From: Trueperaceae bacterium
GTDB lineage: Bacteria > Deinococcota > Deinococci > Deinococcales > Trueperaceae
Assembly (NCBI GenBank): GCA_040905465.1
Contig: JBBDRK010000052.1
Span: 25,484-89,483 of the forward strand
DNA length: 64,000 bases
Direction: 5' to 3'
Both the position numbers and the translations under genes were made by a program. Of this stretch, positions 41,730-51,238 are shown piece after piece. Within the stretch, counting starts at the first letter, position 1; each line of letters begins with the position of its first letter. The notes under the pieces were generated by a model. It had not been told where the DNA came from and searched no databases. It saw only the letters and a program-made list of their open reading frames with translations.

Positions 41730-42569
41730 CTAGCCTCGCGGTGGCCGCACGAAATAGTAGTGCTCGCCGGGACGGAGCAGGTGGTGGACGCGAGACGGGT
41801 TCAGGCGATAGAGGAAATCGACGAAGTGGGCGGGGTTGGCGGCGTTGCCCGCCATTAGGTCGTAGTGGGTGGGAATCACCAGCGCAACGTCCAGCGCGTC
41901 GGCAAGCAGTGCGGCTTCGCGGGCGTTGGTGTTGCCCACCAGCCCCTGCGACGTCCTGAAGTAGTCGCGCCCGTTTATCGGCACGAACATCACGTCTATC
42001 GACCAGCCCTTCAGGGTGTCGAGCAATCCAGGGGTATCTGCATCGGCGTCGTAGATGACCGTGTCGCCGGCGTGATAGACGGTAACCCCGTTCGACTCGA
42101 TGATGTAGCCGAAGTAGGGGTATCCGGCCCCGCTCATGTCCAGGCTGGTGTGGGCGGCGGGGATGGGTGTGACCGTGGCCCCTGCCAGCTCCAGCGTTCC
42201 GAACGCCGCCGGAAGGGTCACCCGTTCTCGGGCTATGCCGGCTGCGCTGAAGTCGCACGTGTGCGGTCCCACGAAGTGCGCCTGCGGTGACGCCTCGGCG
42301 ATGGCGGAGAGAGTGTGGGGATCGAAGTGGTCGATGTGCTCGTGACTCACCAGCACGAGGTCGGCGTTGGAAACCGCTTGTGGAGCAAGCGGCGGCGGGA
42401 AGAGACGATCGAGCCGCTTGCCTTCGCCCCCGTTGTAGGTCAGGTAAGGGTCCAGGTAGATCGTGGCGTCCGGCGTCCGGAGAACTACGCCGGCCTGGCC
42501 CAGGCCCACGAGGGCAAGACTGTTCGGCAGAATCGTCAGCTCGTCCAGGAATCGGATCGATGTGGACAT
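41730..42569 (-). CDS. MBL-fold metallo-hydrolase (UlaG-like)
   Basis: GLGQAG, DPYL, SHEHIDH, YHAGDT, VPING, IPTHYD. SD GGAGG. Confidence 0.88.
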   Translation of the reverse strand: MSTSIRFLDELTILPNSLALVGLGQAGVVLRTPDATIYLDPYLTYNGGEGKRLDRLFPPPLAPQAVSNADLVLVSHEHIDHFDPHTLSAIAEASPQAHFVGPHTCDFSAAGIARERVTLPAAFGTLELAGATVTPIPAAHTSLDMSGAGYPYFGYIIESNGVTVYHAGDTVIYDADADTPGLLDTLKGWSIDVMFVPINGRDYFRTSQGLVGNTNAREAALLADALDVALVIPTHYDLMAGNAANPAHFVDFLYRLNPSRVHHLLRPGEHYYFVRPPRG

Positions 42570-42663
42570 GAATACCCCTCCTGTGCGCTCGCGGCGCCGG
42601 TCCTCAACGGTAACGGAAGCGCGGCACGATATCTTGGGGGTAACGGGCCACCGGGCGGCGCAG

Positions 42664-43809
42664 CTACTCGACGACCAGGAGCTCTCGAAATCCCCTGGTG
42701 AGCGCCTCGCCACCCTCGGGCCGGACGGCGACGACGTCTTCCACCCGTGCCGAAAAGGTCTCGAACTGGGTGATGCTCGGCTCCACCGTGAACAGCATTC
42801 CCTCTTGAAGTGTGGTGTCGTCGCCGGCCGTCAGGAACGGGGGCTCGTGAACGTCCAGACCGATCGAGTGTCCGAGCCGATGACGGAACTCGGCGCCGAA
42901 GCCGGCCTCCGAGATTACCTCGCATGCGGCGCGGTCGACCTCGGCCGCCGTCACCCGGCCGGCGCGCATCGCTGAGATTCCGGCCTGCTGTGCCGCCATG
43001 ACGGTTCGAAAGATCTTCTGAAACTCCTCGTCCGGCTCCCCGAAGTGCACGGTGCGTCCGAAATCGTAACAGTAGCCGTCCAGAATGGCTCCGAAATCGA
43101 AGAGGATGGAAACCGGCGGGGTAAGCACACGCTTCCAGGTCGCTTGGCGCTGTCCGAACAGGAGCGGGTGGTCCGGACCGGAATTGTAGAGCGACGTCGT
43201 GAACGACGGTCCCAGGGAGCCGTGTCGTCTCAGCTGGTAGTCGACCTCGGATACGATGTCCAACTCGGTCATTCCGTGCTCGAGCTTCGCAAGCACGTCG
43301 GCGAACGCCTCCTCCGTGATCCCCCCTGCCCGCCGCATGACGGAGATCTCCTCTTCCGACTTGATAACGCGTAGCGGCCGCAACAGGTCGGATGCCGACA
43401 GAAAGGTCGCGCCTGCCAGCGCACGATTCAGGGCGCTGACTGTCGACCCGTGGGTCGTGTCCGCCACGGCGACACGCGCGTCCTGCGGCAACGAAAACTC
43501 GCGGATGAACGCCGCCACGGTTTCCGCGGGATCGTCGCTGTCGGCGAGAACATGCAAACGCATGCCGCTCGCTTCGGCGACGCCTCCGAACTCGGCCGTC
43601 ATCCGCGGCAACGCCAGGATCGGTTGCGACGTCGGAGCCATCCATGCGCCTTCTATCCATGCGCCGGGATGAAGGACAGCACCGTAATTGGGGAAATCGC
43701 GCGGTATGCCCGTCAGGTACTGCAGGTCGGCAGACAATGGAAAGAAGGCGAGATCGGCGACGTCGGCCAGGCTGCGCCGGAAACGGTCCAGTCGGCTTTG
43801 ATGATCCAT
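42664..43809 (-). CDS. M24 family Xaa-Pro peptidase/creatinase-like hydrolase
   Basis: LRVIKSEEE, DFG...YCYDFGRT, HRLGHSIGLDVHE, TVEP, RVED. Confidence 0.9.
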   Translation of the reverse strand: MDHQSRLDRFRRSLADVADLAFFPLSADLQYLTGIPRDFPNYGAVLHPGAWIEGAWMAPTSQPILALPRMTAEFGGVAEASGMRLHVLADSDDPAETVAAFIREFSLPQDARVAVADTTHGSTVSALNRALAGATFLSASDLLRPLRVIKSEEEISVMRRAGGITEEAFADVLAKLEHGMTELDIVSEVDYQLRRHGSLGPSFTTSLYNSGPDHPLLFGQRQATWKRVLTPPVSILFDFGAILDGYCYDFGRTVHFGEPDEEFQKIFRTVMAAQQAGISAMRAGRVTAAEVDRAACEVISEAGFGAEFRHRLGHSIGLDVHEPPFLTAGDDTTLQEGMLFTVEPSITQFETFSARVEDVVAVRPEGGEALTRGFRELLVVE

Positions 43810-43881
43810 CTGAGCAAACCCCGTTCTGTGGTAGAGTTCGGACCTACAAACCGGCAGCATACCGCCAAAGGGAGAACCTGC

Positions 43882-45483
43882 ATGGACAAGAACCCCGGCT
43901 TGCGCGTGCGTTCACGGCACCTGTTTCTCATAGGCATCAGCCTTCTGCTGATAGTTTTCTCTTCTGCCTGGGCTCAGGACGAAGAGGTGATCGTCATCGG
44001 GCATGCTGAAATCGCCGAATCGTACGATCCGGCGCATGCCTTCAATCCGACGACCGGAATGGTCCACCGCGTAACCTATGAAACCTTGGTGACCTTCCCG
44101 AGCGCGGACGCGAGTTCTATCGTTCCGCTTCTCGCCGAATCCTGGTCTATCTCTGAGGACGGGCTCGTCTACACTTTCAGCCTGAACCAGGACGCCGCCT
44201 TCGCCAACGGGGACGCGGTGGAAGCCGAGGACGTCGTCTTCTCCTTCGATCGCCTCAGGAACGTACAAGCTCAACCCTCGTTCCTGACAGACCCGATCGT
44301 CTCCGTCGAGGCGGTAGACCAGTCGACCGTTGCGGTCACACTCGACAGCGCCCGCCCTTCGTTCCTGGCGGAGCTGACCAACAGCGCCTTCTCCATCAGC
44401 AACGCCGAGGTCGTCCGGGCCAACGGCGGTACGGACTCTGCCGACGCAGCCGAAGCGGACGCCGCGATGGACTACCTCAACCAGACCTCGGCCGGCTCGG
44501 GACCGTACATCCTCGACGGCTGGGCCCCGCAAGAACAGACCATCCTCGTGCGCAACGCGGATTACTGGGGCGATCAGCCATTCTTCGATCGCATCGTCAT
44601 CGTGAATATCCCCGAAGCCGCAACCCAGCGAGTAGCCCTCGTTTCGGGCGAAATCGACCTGGCTACCGACCTGACCCCCGACCAGGTCGTCAATCTGGCA
44701 AACAGCGACGAGGTAGACATTTACCTCGGTTCCAGCACCTGGACCCACTTCCTGCTCATGAATCGCGACCCTGAGGTAGGCGGTCCGATGGCGGATCCTC
44801 TCGTCGCTCGGGCCGTTCGCTACGCACTGGATTACCAGGGTTACCTGGACCTCTGGGCTGGAAGCGTAACGCCGGGAACCAACATGTGGATCGGCCTGGC
44901 CGGAGCCCACGGCCAGGAACAGTCCCTGGAACGCGATCTCGACCGGGCACGCGAGCTCCTCGCCGAGGCCGGTTACCCCGACGGCTTCGAAGTGACTCTC
45001 GAATACCCGGACCTGACGTTCGCGGGCGTGAACCTGAGCACCAACGCGCAGAAGATCCAGGCCGACCTGGCGGAGATCGGCCTCACGGTGAACCTGTTGC
45101 CGGGTGAGGTTCAAGTTGCCCTCGAAGGCTACCGGAACGGAACGCAGGGCTTTGCGTACTGGTTCTGGGGTCCGGACAAGCTCGATCCGATCGACTTCCT
45201 GGAGTTCCTGCCCGGTGGCAAGGTGGCAGGGGAACGCGCCCGCTGGACTGAAAACATGGTCAGCAGCGAGATCCTCGACCTGATCGCCGCGGCTCGCACG
45301 GAAACCGATCCAACGGCCCGTACCGAAATCTTCAATCAGCTCCAGGACTACGCGCAAGAGGACAGCGCCTTCGCGCCATTCAATGTGCCCGCCATCCAGA
45401 CTGCCTTCCGCACGGACGTCGAGGGATACGTATGGCACCCGCAGTGGGGCGTGGACCTCTCGCTGCTGAGCCGGTCGCGCTGA
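43882..45483 (+). CDS. Peptide/nickel ABC transporter substrate-binding protein (family 5)
   Basis: Signal peptide (AWAQ), YETLV, PLLAESW, DVVFSF, GSGPY, ARELLAEAGY. Confidence 0.92.
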   Translation: MDKNPGLRVRSRHLFLIGISLLLIVFSSAWAQDEEVIVIGHAEIAESYDPAHAFNPTTGMVHRVTYETLVTFPSADASSIVPLLAESWSISEDGLVYTFSLNQDAAFANGDAVEAEDVVFSFDRLRNVQAQPSFLTDPIVSVEAVDQSTVAVTLDSARPSFLAELTNSAFSISNAEVVRANGGTDSADAAEADAAMDYLNQTSAGSGPYILDGWAPQEQTILVRNADYWGDQPFFDRIVIVNIPEAATQRVALVSGEIDLATDLTPDQVVNLANSDEVDIYLGSSTWTHFLLMNRDPEVGGPMADPLVARAVRYALDYQGYLDLWAGSVTPGTNMWIGLAGAHGQEQSLERDLDRARELLAEAGYPDGFEVTLEYPDLTFAGVNLSTNAQKIQADLAEIGLTVNLLPGEVQVALEGYRNGTQGFAYWFWGPDKLDPIDFLEFLPGGKVAGERARWTENMVSSEILDLIAAARTETDPTARTEIFNQLQDYAQEDSAFAPFNVPAIQTAFRTDVEGYVWHPQWGVDLSLLSRSR

Positions 45484-45500
45484 GTCCGATACAGATATCC

Positions 45501-45530
45501 GGGGAGCGGACGCGGAGTCCGCTCCCCTTT
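45501..45530 (+). terminator. GC-rich hairpin after the SBP gene (partial terminator or mRNA stabiliser)
   Basis: GGGGAGCGGAC-GCGGA-GTCCGCTCCCC followed by TTT. Confidence 0.65.
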
Positions 45531-45545
45531 ACTTGAATCCCTTTC

Positions 45546-46565
45546 ATGCCTTTCTACAAATACATCCTCAGGAGATTCCTGTTCGCGATCCCGCTCGTCC
45601 TGGGGATCACGGTGATCGCGTTCCTCATCGCCAACGCCGTACCTGCCGACCCGATCAACGCCAACCTGCCGCAGAACGCGTTGGGCAATGAAAGACTGGT
45701 CAACGCTTTTCGGGAGAAGTGGGGATTGGACGAGCCGCTCCACATCCAGTACCTGGTCTATCTGGGCAATCTGGTGCGCGGCGACATGGGTGAATCGATC
45801 AAGACGCGGAACCCGGTGGCCAGCGACCTGAGGCAGTTTCTGCCCGCAACCATCGAGTTGGCCAGCTTTTCGATCGTCGTGGGCCTCGTCATGGGTATCG
45901 GTTTTGGGGTCATCTCGGCGGTGTGGCGGAGATCGTTCCACGACTATGCCGTGCGCGTTTTCGCGTTGATCGGCGTCAGCTTTCCGGTCTTCCTGCTCGC
46001 CTTGATCGGGCTTTCGCTGTTTCATGCTCAGCTCGGCTGGTTTTCGGGTCCCGGCCGGTTGGGATTCCTCACGCCCAAGCCACCGCACATAACCGGTCTC
46101 TATACGATCGACAGCCTCCTTACCGGTCGCTGGTCGACGTTCCGTGATGCACTGTCGCACCTGATTCTCCCCAGCCTGGTCCTGGGAAGCTACGTGGCGG
46201 GAATCATCACCCGCATCACCCGTTCGTCGCTCCTGGATGTGCTCGGTACCGATTACGTCCGGACCGCACGGTCGAAGGGACAGATCGAACCTCTGGTCGT
46301 CATGCGACACGCACTCTCGAATGCACTGATTCCCGTCGTCACAATGCTGGGTGTACTCTACGGTAACCTTCTCGCCGGTGCTGTCCTTATCGAAGCGATA
46401 TTCGCCTGGCCGGGAATCGGCCGCTACGCCTTTCGGGCTTCGACGTCACAGGACTTTCCTGCCATCATGGGCGTGAGCATGTTGATCGCGTTCATCTACG
46501 TGGTGGCCAACTTCGTCGTGGACTTCCTCTACTTCTTCCTCGACCCCCGCATCCGGTATACGTGA
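45546..46565 (+). CDS. Peptide ABC transporter permease (DppB-like)
   Basis: GLDEP, GDMGES, PATIEL, DYVRTARSKG, RHAL.NA, LDPRIR. Confidence 0.93.
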   Translation: MPFYKYILRRFLFAIPLVLGITVIAFLIANAVPADPINANLPQNALGNERLVNAFREKWGLDEPLHIQYLVYLGNLVRGDMGESIKTRNPVASDLRQFLPATIELASFSIVVGLVMGIGFGVISAVWRRSFHDYAVRVFALIGVSFPVFLLALIGLSLFHAQLGWFSGPGRLGFLTPKPPHITGLYTIDSLLTGRWSTFRDALSHLILPSLVLGSYVAGIITRITRSSLLDVLGTDYVRTARSKGQIEPLVVMRHALSNALIPVVTMLGVLYGNLLAGAVLIEAIFAWPGIGRYAFRASTSQDFPAIMGVSMLIAFIYVVANFVVDFLYFFLDPRIRYT

Positions 46566-46572
46566 ACTTCCC

Positions 46573-47442
46573 GTGAACAGTGCGACCGTCGACAGAAACT
46601 CGACAATGGCCGACGCGTCCAGGTTCTGGGGGCGGCTGCGAAAGAACCCGGAGGTGCTTCTGGGACTCGTCGTGGTACTGGCCTGGATCGTCGTCGTGAT
46701 TTTTGCACCTCTGCTGGCGCCCTACGATCCGCTCCAGCAGAACGTGAGCGACCGCCTGCAACCCCCCAATGACGTGTATCTCCTGGGCACCGATGAACTC
46801 GGACGCGACATCCTGAGCCGGGTGCTCTACGGCGCGAGAATCACGATTCCCGCGGGACTGGTAGTCATCGTCGTCAACACCGTCATCGGCTGGTTGATCG
46901 GAGCTATCGCAGGTTTTGCCGGCGGTGCCTGGGACGAAGCGATGATGCGCACCACCGAACTGTTCATGGCCTTTCCCACGATCATCCTGGCGATGGCGAT
47001 CACCGCCGCATTGGGGCCCGATATCCGAAACGCCGTGATCGCGCTGGTTATCGTGCGCTGGACCGATTATGCCAGGCTGACGCGCGGTCTCATAATCCAG
47101 GCCAAGACGACCGAATACGTCGAAGCCGCTCGCAGCCTGGGCGCCGGGAACATATACCTACTGTTTCGCACGCTGCTGCCCAACAGCGTGGCTCCGGTCC
47201 TGGTCTACGGCTCCCTCGACATCGGCAACGCGATCCTCCTTTTCGCCGGCCTGAGTTTCCTCGGTCTCGGGCCCGAGCCTTCATCGCCTGAGTGGGGACG
47301 CATGATCTCCGTTGGAGTCAGTTTTTTCGATCAGTGGTGGATGTGGCTCTCCCCTGGCTTGGCCGTGGCAAGTTTCGTGATGGCGTTCAACTTCATAGGG
47401 GACGGCTTGCGCGACATGCTCGATCCGCGGAGTGCAACGTGA
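46573..47442 (+). CDS. Peptide ABC transporter permease (DppC-like)
   Basis: LGTDELGRD, YVEAARSLGA, LSFLGLG, PEWG, GDGLRD.LDPR. Confidence 0.93.
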   Translation: MNSATVDRNSTMADASRFWGRLRKNPEVLLGLVVVLAWIVVVIFAPLLAPYDPLQQNVSDRLQPPNDVYLLGTDELGRDILSRVLYGARITIPAGLVVIVVNTVIGWLIGAIAGFAGGAWDEAMMRTTELFMAFPTIILAMAITAALGPDIRNAVIALVIVRWTDYARLTRGLIIQAKTTEYVEAARSLGAGNIYLLFRTLLPNSVAPVLVYGSLDIGNAILLFAGLSFLGLGPEPSSPEWGRMISVGVSFFDQWWMWLSPGLAVASFVMAFNFIGDGLRDMLDPRSAT

Positions 47443-47599
47443 GCGAGACGCAGGCAGTACGCGGCCTCGCCGGATTTGACTGGACATCCGGTCGGGGCTT
47501 GCCAACCCGACCAATCAGCCGCAAACGCTGGGGAAACCGGGACACGGCATGGCGGACACGCCCCGGGTTCGGTTTCTGGAACTCGGATACGATAGCTAA

Positions 47600-48616
47600 A
47601 TGAGTCTCGATTGGGTCGATAACGTCGTCATCGGCTGCTGGCAGCTTTCGGAAGGACACACCACCCGCAGCCTGTCGGGACCGAACGTGCTGGAAGCTTA
47701 CTACCACGCCGGCTTTCGAGTATTCGACTGCGCCGACATCTATACCGGCGTCGAGAGCCTGTTGGGTGAATTCATCGCGGCGCACCAGCTCGGTGCGGAA
47801 GACATCAAGGTTCATACCAAATACGTTCCGGACCTGGCGTCACTGGCTACCCTGACGCCGGATCAGACCGAACGAGTGATCGACCGATCCCGTTCGAGGT
47901 TGGGGCTCGACCGACTCGACCTGATCCAGTTCCACTGGTGGGATTACGAGGTGCCCGGCTATCTCGAAACGCTCGACACACTCGTCGAGTTGAAGCGAGA
48001 CGGAAAGATCCGGGAGATCGGCCTCACCAATTTCGATGCCGAGCGCCTGGCCGAGATGGTGGCACGCGATATACCCATCGCTTCGATACAGACGCAGTAT
48101 TCCGTCCTGGATCGCCGGCCCGCAAGCTCGCTGGCAGCGCTCGCAGAAGAGAATGCCATCGCCCTACTCTGCTACGGCAGTGTCGCCGGCGGTTTGTTGT
48201 CCGATCGTTTTCTGGGCGCCCCAAAACCGGAGCAGCCTTTCGAAAACCGCTCCCTCGCCAAGTACCTGCCGATAGTCGAGGAGATCGGAAGTTGGAGCGC
48301 TCTGCAGCAGCTACTTCGGGTGATGAGAGAGATCGCCGACGAGAAGGAGACGGATATCGCCTCGGTGGCGGCCGCATACTCTTCCGGCAGGGACGGCGTG
48401 CGAGCCTGCATAATCGGCGTTCGGCATACCGGTCATCTGCAGCGGCATCTGGCGCTTCGCGAGGGAATCATGCTCGAACAGGGTGATCTCGCAAGGATCG
48501 AAAGCGTGCGACGTAATTTCCGGGAAGTACCCGGGTCCGTCTACGAGCTCGAGCGCGACGTTGACGGAAAGCACAACAAGATCATGAAGTTCAATCTGAA
48601 CGCCGGACCTGCCTGA
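47600..48616 (+). CDS. Aldo/keto reductase
   Basis: GCWQL, FDCADIY, HTKY, DLIQFHWWD, IGLTNF, QYSVLDRRP. Confidence 0.92.
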   Translation: MSLDWVDNVVIGCWQLSEGHTTRSLSGPNVLEAYYHAGFRVFDCADIYTGVESLLGEFIAAHQLGAEDIKVHTKYVPDLASLATLTPDQTERVIDRSRSRLGLDRLDLIQFHWWDYEVPGYLETLDTLVELKRDGKIREIGLTNFDAERLAEMVARDIPIASIQTQYSVLDRRPASSLAALAEENAIALLCYGSVAGGLLSDRFLGAPKPEQPFENRSLAKYLPIVEEIGSWSALQQLLRVMREIADEKETDIASVAAAYSSGRDGVRACIIGVRHTGHLQRHLALREGIMLEQGDLARIESVRRNFREVPGSVYELERDVDGKHNKIMKFNLNAGPA

Positions 48617-48954
48617 TGACGGATACGGAGAGGACGTTCCAGCTCTACGACCTCAGGGTGGAAATCGTAAGCGTCGAGGAGGGCCTCGAAGACATCTGTA
48701 ACCACCACATCGGTGATTACTTCGAGGTTTCGGGGGAGAACATCCGCATACCCGATGGCAAGACGTTCAGCATGTACGCCATGGCGGCCGTCCTTCCGCT
48801 TCTGCCCGCCAAGCAGCGGCCCACGAATGAGAACGACTGGATGACAAGCGATGACCGGGTAATGTGCCCCGATCCAAATTGCAAGGCAGTGATGAAGATT
48901 ACCCGGACCGGCTTGCGCGAATTCAGAAGGGCGCAGGTGACTGCGACTCCCTGA
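48616..48954 (+). CDS. TIGR04076 family protein
   Basis: LYDLRVE, C.H..GDYF, FSMY..AAVLPLLPAKQR, DWM, CPDPNC. TGATG coupling to the AKR. Confidence 0.8.
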   Translation: MTDTERTFQLYDLRVEIVSVEEGLEDICNHHIGDYFEVSGENIRIPDGKTFSMYAMAAVLPLLPAKQRPTNENDWMTSDDRVMCPDPNCKAVMKITRTGLREFRRAQVTATP

Positions 48955-50431
48955 GCTCGGAAGCTCGCTCGGAGACGACGGCCTCCGCCTCCACTTCGAC
49001 CAGATAATCGTCGCCGACGAGCCCCGCTTGAACCAGCGTGTTTACGGGAAGGATCTCCCGAAAGCGTTCCCCGTGGGCGCGTGCCACCGCCTCCCAATCT
49101 TCCAGGCGCCGAACGTACACGCGGGTACGCACCACGTCCTCGAGCTGCGCCCCCAGCGACCGAAGCGCTCCCCCGATCTTGTCGATAGCGAAATGAGCCT
49201 GAGCCGCGGCGTCGGTCCCGCCGATCACCCGGTCACCGTGGGTGGCAGTGGTCCCGGAAACCAGGACCCGGTCGCCGTGGCGCACCGCTCGGCAGAAGCC
49301 GGCCATCTCTTCCCACTCGGTTCCGCTCGTTGCAAATCGCCGGCCGCTTCGGCCGGTACTTACGTCGAAAGGTGGCGGAAAAGCTTCGACATGATGACTA
49401 AGGTCTCCCGAGGCCGTGAGGTAGGGCGCCTTACGATATTCATCGCCGCTGTCCCCGGGCAGCCGGCGCAACCTCCCGACGGCTTCATCCAGCATATCGC
49501 GACTCGTCGAGTCGAGCGAGAACCGGAAGAGCCGCTGGGTGTCGCGAATATGTTCGCTCTTTCCGAGTCGGGCGCCCACGATTACGCCGCCGACGGCGGG
49601 TTGATCCAGGATGTAGCGGGTGGCGACGTTCGCCATGGAAACCCCGTGCCTTCGCGCCACTTCGTCGACCGTGCCCAGAAGCGCCTGGAGAGCGTTCCAT
49701 CCGCCTGCCTCCTCGACGAACCGTCGATACTTCATCTGAGACCAGGTGGTGAGGCGATCCGGTTCCGGTTCTCCGAACCAGCGTTCCGTCAGGAACCCGC
49801 CGGCAAGGGTTCCGTAGGCCAGGATCTTTATGCCGTGCTGCTGGCATAACTGCGCCATCCGCGACTTGGGGCGTCGATCGAGCAGAGAGAAGCAGACCTG
49901 ATTCGAGACGACCTCTATGCCGCTGGTCACGGCGATCCGCAGGTGCGCGGTGTCGAAGTTGGTGAGTCCCAGGTTCCTGATGAGGCCCTCCTCCTTCAAC
50001 TCCTGCAACCAGTACAGACAGTCGAGCCAGCTTGGATCGGAAAAGGTCCAGGCGTGAAACTGCAGCAAGTCCAGGCGATCGACGTGCATTCGCTCGAGCG
50101 AGCGCTCGACGGCGGCTCTTGCGTCTTGTCGCGTGATTCGTCCCGGCGCAGGCACCCACTTGGTGAAGAGCTGCGTTCGAGAGGCTATCTCGTGTCGATC
50201 GCGAAACGATCCGCTGATGTCCTCGGCTGAGCCGTAATGATCGGCCATGTCGAAGGTGGTGAAGCCCGCTTCGGCGTACGGCACCATACTGTCGGCGGCT
50301 CGATTCCAGTCGAGTTCACCACCGTCACGTTCCATATCCGCGACCTGCCAGAGTCCGGTCAAAACCCGCGACATGGTCAGGCCCGGCGCCAGTTCGCAGC
50401 GTTCAACGTCTTCGTTCATCGCTTCCTCCAT
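48923..50431 (-). CDS. Aldo/keto reductase fused to a C-terminal Rid (YjgF/UK114) domain
   Basis: GLWQ, FDMADHY, FTKW, QFHAW; then SGTEWE..GFCRAVR.G..V.VSGTT, DVVRTRVY, VEVEAEA. Confidence 0.88.
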   Translation of the reverse strand: MEEAMNEDVERCELAPGLTMSRVLTGLWQVADMERDGGELDWNRAADSMVPYAEAGFTTFDMADHYGSAEDISGSFRDRHEIASRTQLFTKWVPAPGRITRQDARAAVERSLERMHVDRLDLLQFHAWTFSDPSWLDCLYWLQELKEEGLIRNLGLTNFDTAHLRIAVTSGIEVVSNQVCFSLLDRRPKSRMAQLCQQHGIKILAYGTLAGGFLTERWFGEPEPDRLTTWSQMKYRRFVEEAGGWNALQALLGTVDEVARRHGVSMANVATRYILDQPAVGGVIVGARLGKSEHIRDTQRLFRFSLDSTSRDMLDEAVGRLRRLPGDSGDEYRKAPYLTASGDLSHHVEAFPPPFDVSTGRSGRRFATSGTEWEEMAGFCRAVRHGDRVLVSGTTATHGDRVIGGTDAAAQAHFAIDKIGGALRSLGAQLEDVVRTRVYVRRLEDWEAVARAHGERFREILPVNTLVQAGLVGDDYLVEVEAEAVVSERASELRESQSPAPF

Positions 50432-50553
50432 GACTGCCCAGACGAGCCGGAGCTCTTCCTATGCCGTCTCTACCTTAATGGGGAGTTCGTGAGCACAAAC
50501 ACTAGTAAGACTGATTCAACACCTTTTGCCCTCAAGTCCCAAGAGCTCCACAA

Positions 50554-50619
50554 CGTAACTGGTAGCGTTATCGAAGTACGGCATTACAACCGCCATACTT
50601 CATAACGCTACCGATTGCG
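50554..50619. repeat. Long imperfect inverted repeat
   Basis: GGTAGCGTTAT-C-GAAGTACGGC ... GCCATACTTC-ATAACGCTACC. Confidence 0.75.
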
Positions 50620-50648
50620 ATTTAATTTGACTCAAAGGGTCAGTTTTC

Positions 50649-50795
50649 CGATGTCCACCTGATGACCCGTTCAGGTGGACATCGAATACGGTTACATGCG
50701 ATTTTCTGCCGTCTCCGACGCCGCTATTCGCTACGTCCATCTGTACCTTTAAATCGCGCCCTTGATGTCCACCTGTACTTTTACAGATGGACATC
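50649..50795. repeat. Array of GATGTCCAYCTG dyads (two inverted pairs and one half-site)
   Basis: CGATGTCCACCTGA-8-TCAGGTGGACATCG (50649-50684), GTCCATCTGTAC (50735-50746), GATGTCCACCTGTA-4-TACAGATGGACATC (50764-50795). Confidence 0.85.
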
Positions 50796-51150
50796 CCGTA
50801 GAACCCGGTTCCAGCCGATGCCGTCAATTGCCTTTCGTTCCCCACGGGCTCTACGGCCGCCAGACGTCCGCTTTGCCCGCAGCTCGCTCGCTAAAAAACG
50901 AACTCTAATGTTTTCCACTTTTCCAAAAACGAACCGGATTGTTTTCTTTCGCTTGCTACCCGCCGGCACTCGCTGCGGTTCGATTCGTTGCACTTCAGCC
51001 GAAACTGCCCTCTAGTGACCTTGCGTCCTACACGTAACTGCCTGATTGCGGTTTCGAAAAATTACGCTAGTTTCGCCTGGGCTGAGAACCCTGTGCCCCT
51101 CCAACACAAAACGAACTAGATTTCTTTGCATTACAACTCGCTCGGACCGC

Positions 51151-51203
51151 TTGACGTTCCGGGGGCCGGCGAAGTACCCTTCTGACATCTGACTCATCCG
51201 TCA
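51151..51203 (+). promoter_or_regulatory. Promoter and putative TetR operator
   Basis: TTGACG-18 nt-TACCCT, followed by the dyad TGAC-TCATCC-GTCA (51190-51203). Confidence 0.55.
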
Positions 51204-51238
51204 TGTTTGGGCGTTCAGCGTCCATGGAGGGACACGCC

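Noticed and set aside
50554-50619. Integron attC or Xer dif site
   Set aside because: No properly placed RYYYAAC/GTTRRRY ends, no 11-6-11 dif consensus, and no integrase in the window.
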